Assembly: GCA_963707505.1 (NCBI GenBank) | Contig: CAVPQB010000004.1 | Location: 1 to 64,000 of the forward strand | Direction: 5' to 3' | Length of the DNA stretch: 64,000 nucleotides | DNA from: an uncultured Gemmatimonadales bacterium | GTDB lineage: Bacteria; Gemmatimonadota; Gemmatimonadetes; Gemmatimonadales; Gemmatimonadaceae | Part shown: positions 61,585-64,000 of the stretch, one piece after another | Layout of the letters: every line of letters starts with the position of its first letter | Position numbering within the stretch: position 1 is the first letter of the stretch | The notes under the pieces: generated by a model | The model's database searches: none | What the model was told of the DNA's origin: nothing | Seen by the model: the letters and a program-made list of their open reading frames with translations, nothing else | Made by a program: the position numbers and the translations under genes

Positions 61585-62394
61585 ATGACTACTTTCGTAC
61601 CGCGCATGTTCGAGGGAAGGACCGCGCTCGTTACGGGCGGAGGATCGGGCATCGGTCAGCGCATCGCCGAGCGGCTCGCGGAGCAGGGTGCGAGCGTGGC
61701 ACTCGTGGGACGAACGCAATCGAAGCTGGACGCTGTCGCTCAAGGCATCATTGCAGCCGGCGGAAGGGCCGCCGGTTTCGCAGCGGACGTTCGCGATTAC
61801 GACGCGTTGGCGCGCGCGACAGCGGCAGCGCACGAGATGTTCGGTGCGCTCGGAATCGTCCTCTGCGGTGCGGCGGGAAACTTTCCGGCACTCGCGAGTG
61901 CAATGTCCGCCAATGCTTTCAAGTCGGTGATCGACATCGATCTGCTTGGAACATTCAACACGTGCAGGGCGGCATTCGAGCATCTCGAGCGTCCGGGTGC
62001 ATCGATCGTCACCATATCTGCACCCCAGGCGATTCAGGCGATGGTGATGCAGGCGCACGTGTGCGCAGCCAAGGCCGGTGTCGACATGGTCACCCGCACG
62101 CTCGCGCTCGAGTGGGGACCGCTGGGTATTCGCGTGAATGGCGTGTTACCCGGAGCCGTCGCGGACACCGAGGGCATGGATCGGCTCGCGCCGGCTGGGC
62201 CTGTACGTGATGCACTTGCGAAGCAGGTCCCGCTCCGACGCGTTGCAACCAAGGACGACATCGCTGATACAGTGATATTCCTGTGCAGTGACGCAGCGAA
62301 ATATGTGACCGGCGTCATAATCCCGTGTGACGGTGGGATGACGACGGCAGGAATGACGATCCAGACGCCATCCACATCCGCGAGACCAGTTTAG
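61585..62394 (+). CDS. 2,4-dienoyl-CoA reductase-like SDR (DECR2/SPS19 type)
   Basis: TGGGSGIG, GAAGNF, AFKSVIDIDLLGTFN, QAHVCAAKAG, TEGMDRL. Confidence 0.88.
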   Translation: MTTFVPRMFEGRTALVTGGGSGIGQRIAERLAEQGASVALVGRTQSKLDAVAQGIIAAGGRAAGFAADVRDYDALARATAAAHEMFGALGIVLCGAAGNFPALASAMSANAFKSVIDIDLLGTFNTCRAAFEHLERPGASIVTISAPQAIQAMVMQAHVCAAKAGVDMVTRTLALEWGPLGIRVNGVLPGAVADTEGMDRLAPAGPVRDALAKQVPLRRVATKDDIADTVIFLCSDAAKYVTGVIIPCDGGMTTAGMTIQTPSTSARPV

Positions 62395-62467
62395 GGCATC
62401 CCTGCCAACCGGCGGCGGTCGCGGCACCGGACTTGAAGAGTCAGCCTTTGACTCCAACCAGACTCCG

Positions 62468-62800
62468 ATGCCACAACAATCAGATTTCGACGACTCGATC
62501 AGGCGCGAAGAGCAGGCTTCACTCCACGAAGAGCTGATCGCGCGCCTGGATCAGAAAGGCGTTCAAACAGCTGACGGCGCTTCGGATGCGGACCTGGCCG
62601 ATCTCCTCTCCGCGATCGACGAATTCGAGACCGCCGTGGAAAGGGCGGGTGGCGATCTGATGGTGGATTCGCCCGATTCGTCCGAGCCCGAGCGGCCGGA
62701 GTTCGTCCTGCCGCATCCGCATGACGACGAGTCCGTCGCGACATACACCAGACGCGTCAAAACCGCGACCGCGCGCCTTGGACCGATGGCTGGCCCCTGA
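62468..62800 (+). CDS. Hypothetical acidic protein
   Basis: Clean ORF with host-like codon usage; FETAVERAGGDLMVD...FVLP. Confidence 0.65.
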   Translation: MPQQSDFDDSIRREEQASLHEELIARLDQKGVQTADGASDADLADLLSAIDEFETAVERAGGDLMVDSPDSSEPERPEFVLPHPHDDESVATYTRRVKTATARLGPMAGP

Positions 62801-62824
62801 GCCAGCCATCACTGCCGTCAACAA

Positions 62825-63250
62825 TCAGCTCATTATCGAGCTGGGCTTATTGCGGTGGCGCAGGTAATCGATCGAAAAGATCCCCGCGCCGGTCGCCGCG
62901 ATGTAGAGAAAGGCGAAGCAGAGCAGCACAGGCACTTCGCCGTGGTTCTCCACCGGCCAGAAGGCGCGGGGGGAGTGCATGAGGAAATAGGCGACCGCCA
63001 TCTCCCCCGAGAGGATGAATGCTACTGGGCGCGTAAACAGCCCAGTGATGATGAGCAACCCGCCGATGAACTCCAGCGGGCCGGCGATACCCGGCAGTGT
63101 GAAGCCGATCCCGGAGGCGTGAGCGCCAAACATTCCGAAGAGCTTTTGTGCGCCATGCTGCCACAGCACGGCACCGGCGAAGATTCTCAAGAGAACATGC
63201 GCCCACCTTGCAGAAGCAGAAGCGGACTGGTGCGCGTACAGGTCTGGCAT
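62825..63250 (-). CDS. DoxX family membrane protein
   Basis: LRI..G....HGAQKLFG, GLFTR..AFILSGEMAVAYF..H, NHGE, GAG.FSID. Confidence 0.92.
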   Translation of the reverse strand: MPDLYAHQSASASARWAHVLLRIFAGAVLWQHGAQKLFGMFGAHASGIGFTLPGIAGPLEFIGGLLIITGLFTRPVAFILSGEMAVAYFLMHSPRAFWPVENHGEVPVLLCFAFLYIAATGAGIFSIDYLRHRNKPSSIMS

Positions 63251-63427
63251 TTCGGAAACGTTATGAGAGTGTAAGGAGTGAAGCATCGATCGCGCCGCAA
63301 TGAATCATGATGTATCAGAGCATGACAGCGATCAACCTCACCAACCTCACTTCATACACGCCAGGCGTCTACGGAGTGCCGCTCCAGCCGTTGTTGCTCC
63401 TGTACCCCTCGACGCACGGCATGCCGA

Positions 63428-64000
63428 TCAGTAGTGCGACCTGACGGATGCGGTGTCGTTCGGCAGCGGGCCGGAGCCCGGTGCGCGGATCGAGAACATC
63501 CCATTGGTAATGTCCATGCGCAACGTAGCATGCGCCAGTACGTCGGAACCAAGTACACCATCCAGCGCAACGAACGTCTGTCGTCGCTCCTGCACGATCG
63601 GAACGCTGCGCAGATGGAGAATGTATTCACCATCGCCCACTGTAACGTTGCGCAACACGGGGAGATCGCTGGCTTGCGTTGCGCCGAGTGCGTCGATGCG
63701 TCCCTTCGCTACTGACAGTCCGGGGTCGGGGGTTTTATCCATCCAAGCATCTGTAACTATCGTCGAGTCTGCGCCGGTATCCAGGCCGAACAACACGGGC
63801 TCTCCGTTCCGCGTGAGGAGACGTACCACTGGAAAACCAATCCAGATCAGCGAGCGTTGTTTGGGCGCGCGTGTGGCCGGACGCGCGAGCGAGATCGTAC
63901 CCGCGCCCATGTCGAGCACGACACTGAGTCTGCGTAGCACGTCAGACCCGATCACCCCGTCGAGCTTCACGGTTACGAGGTGCCCGTACGCGAGTCGCTT
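63428..64000 (-). CDS. Retropepsin-like aspartyl protease (5' end outside window)
   Basis: FGLDTGA and two DG(V/I).G.D.L motifs. Confidence 0.8.
   Translation of the reverse strand, partial: KRLAYGHLVTVKLDGVIGSDVLRRLSVVLDMGAGTISLARPATRAPKQRSLIWIGFPVVRLLTRNGEPVLFGLDTGADSTIVTDAWMDKTPDPGLSVAKGRIDALGATQASDLPVLRNVTVGDGEYILHLRSVPIVQERRQTFVALDGVLGSDVLAHATLRMDITNGMFSIRAPGSGPLPNDTASVRSHY

Noticed and set aside
62421..62438. GGCAC-N5-TTGA sigma54-like element before the 62468 ORF
   Set aside because: The -12 GC is absent and there is no supporting context; too weak to list.

Overview
GC-rich bacterial chromosomal segment. Its gene repertoire (ADOP permease with PadR, plug-only carboxypeptidase-regulatory-domain proteins, GWxTD-like and DUF4097 proteins, BrxA/B) suggests Gemmatimonadota, but this is inference only. 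The left ~4.9 kb is an accessory island that looks less GC-rich by eye and is defence-like: a HEPN-like protein, a PIN-like protein, a GNAT and a Schlafen/AlbA_2-ATPase, bounded by GTTAGGC/dif-like sites. The rest is mostly core or semi-core: pruA, lepB, a split suf locus, rnd, ABC transporters, two ECF modules and fatty-acid auxiliary enzymes. Three items stand out. (1) A two-gene unit at 13283-17575 pairs a large Ser/Thr-rich protein with a beta-pore-forming-like hairpin with a two-motif phospholipase D, behind a sigma54-like promoter. (2) A Cyc2-type cytochrome-porin is transcribed divergently from a blue-copper cupredoxin. (3) An infA gene missing from the ORF track appears to start with ATC. 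About ten genes carry frameshifts that look like uncorrected indel errors. Two REP-like repeat families are present. I saw no tRNA, rRNA, CRISPR array or intact transposase/integrase. All family calls come from motif recognition by eye, not from database searches.
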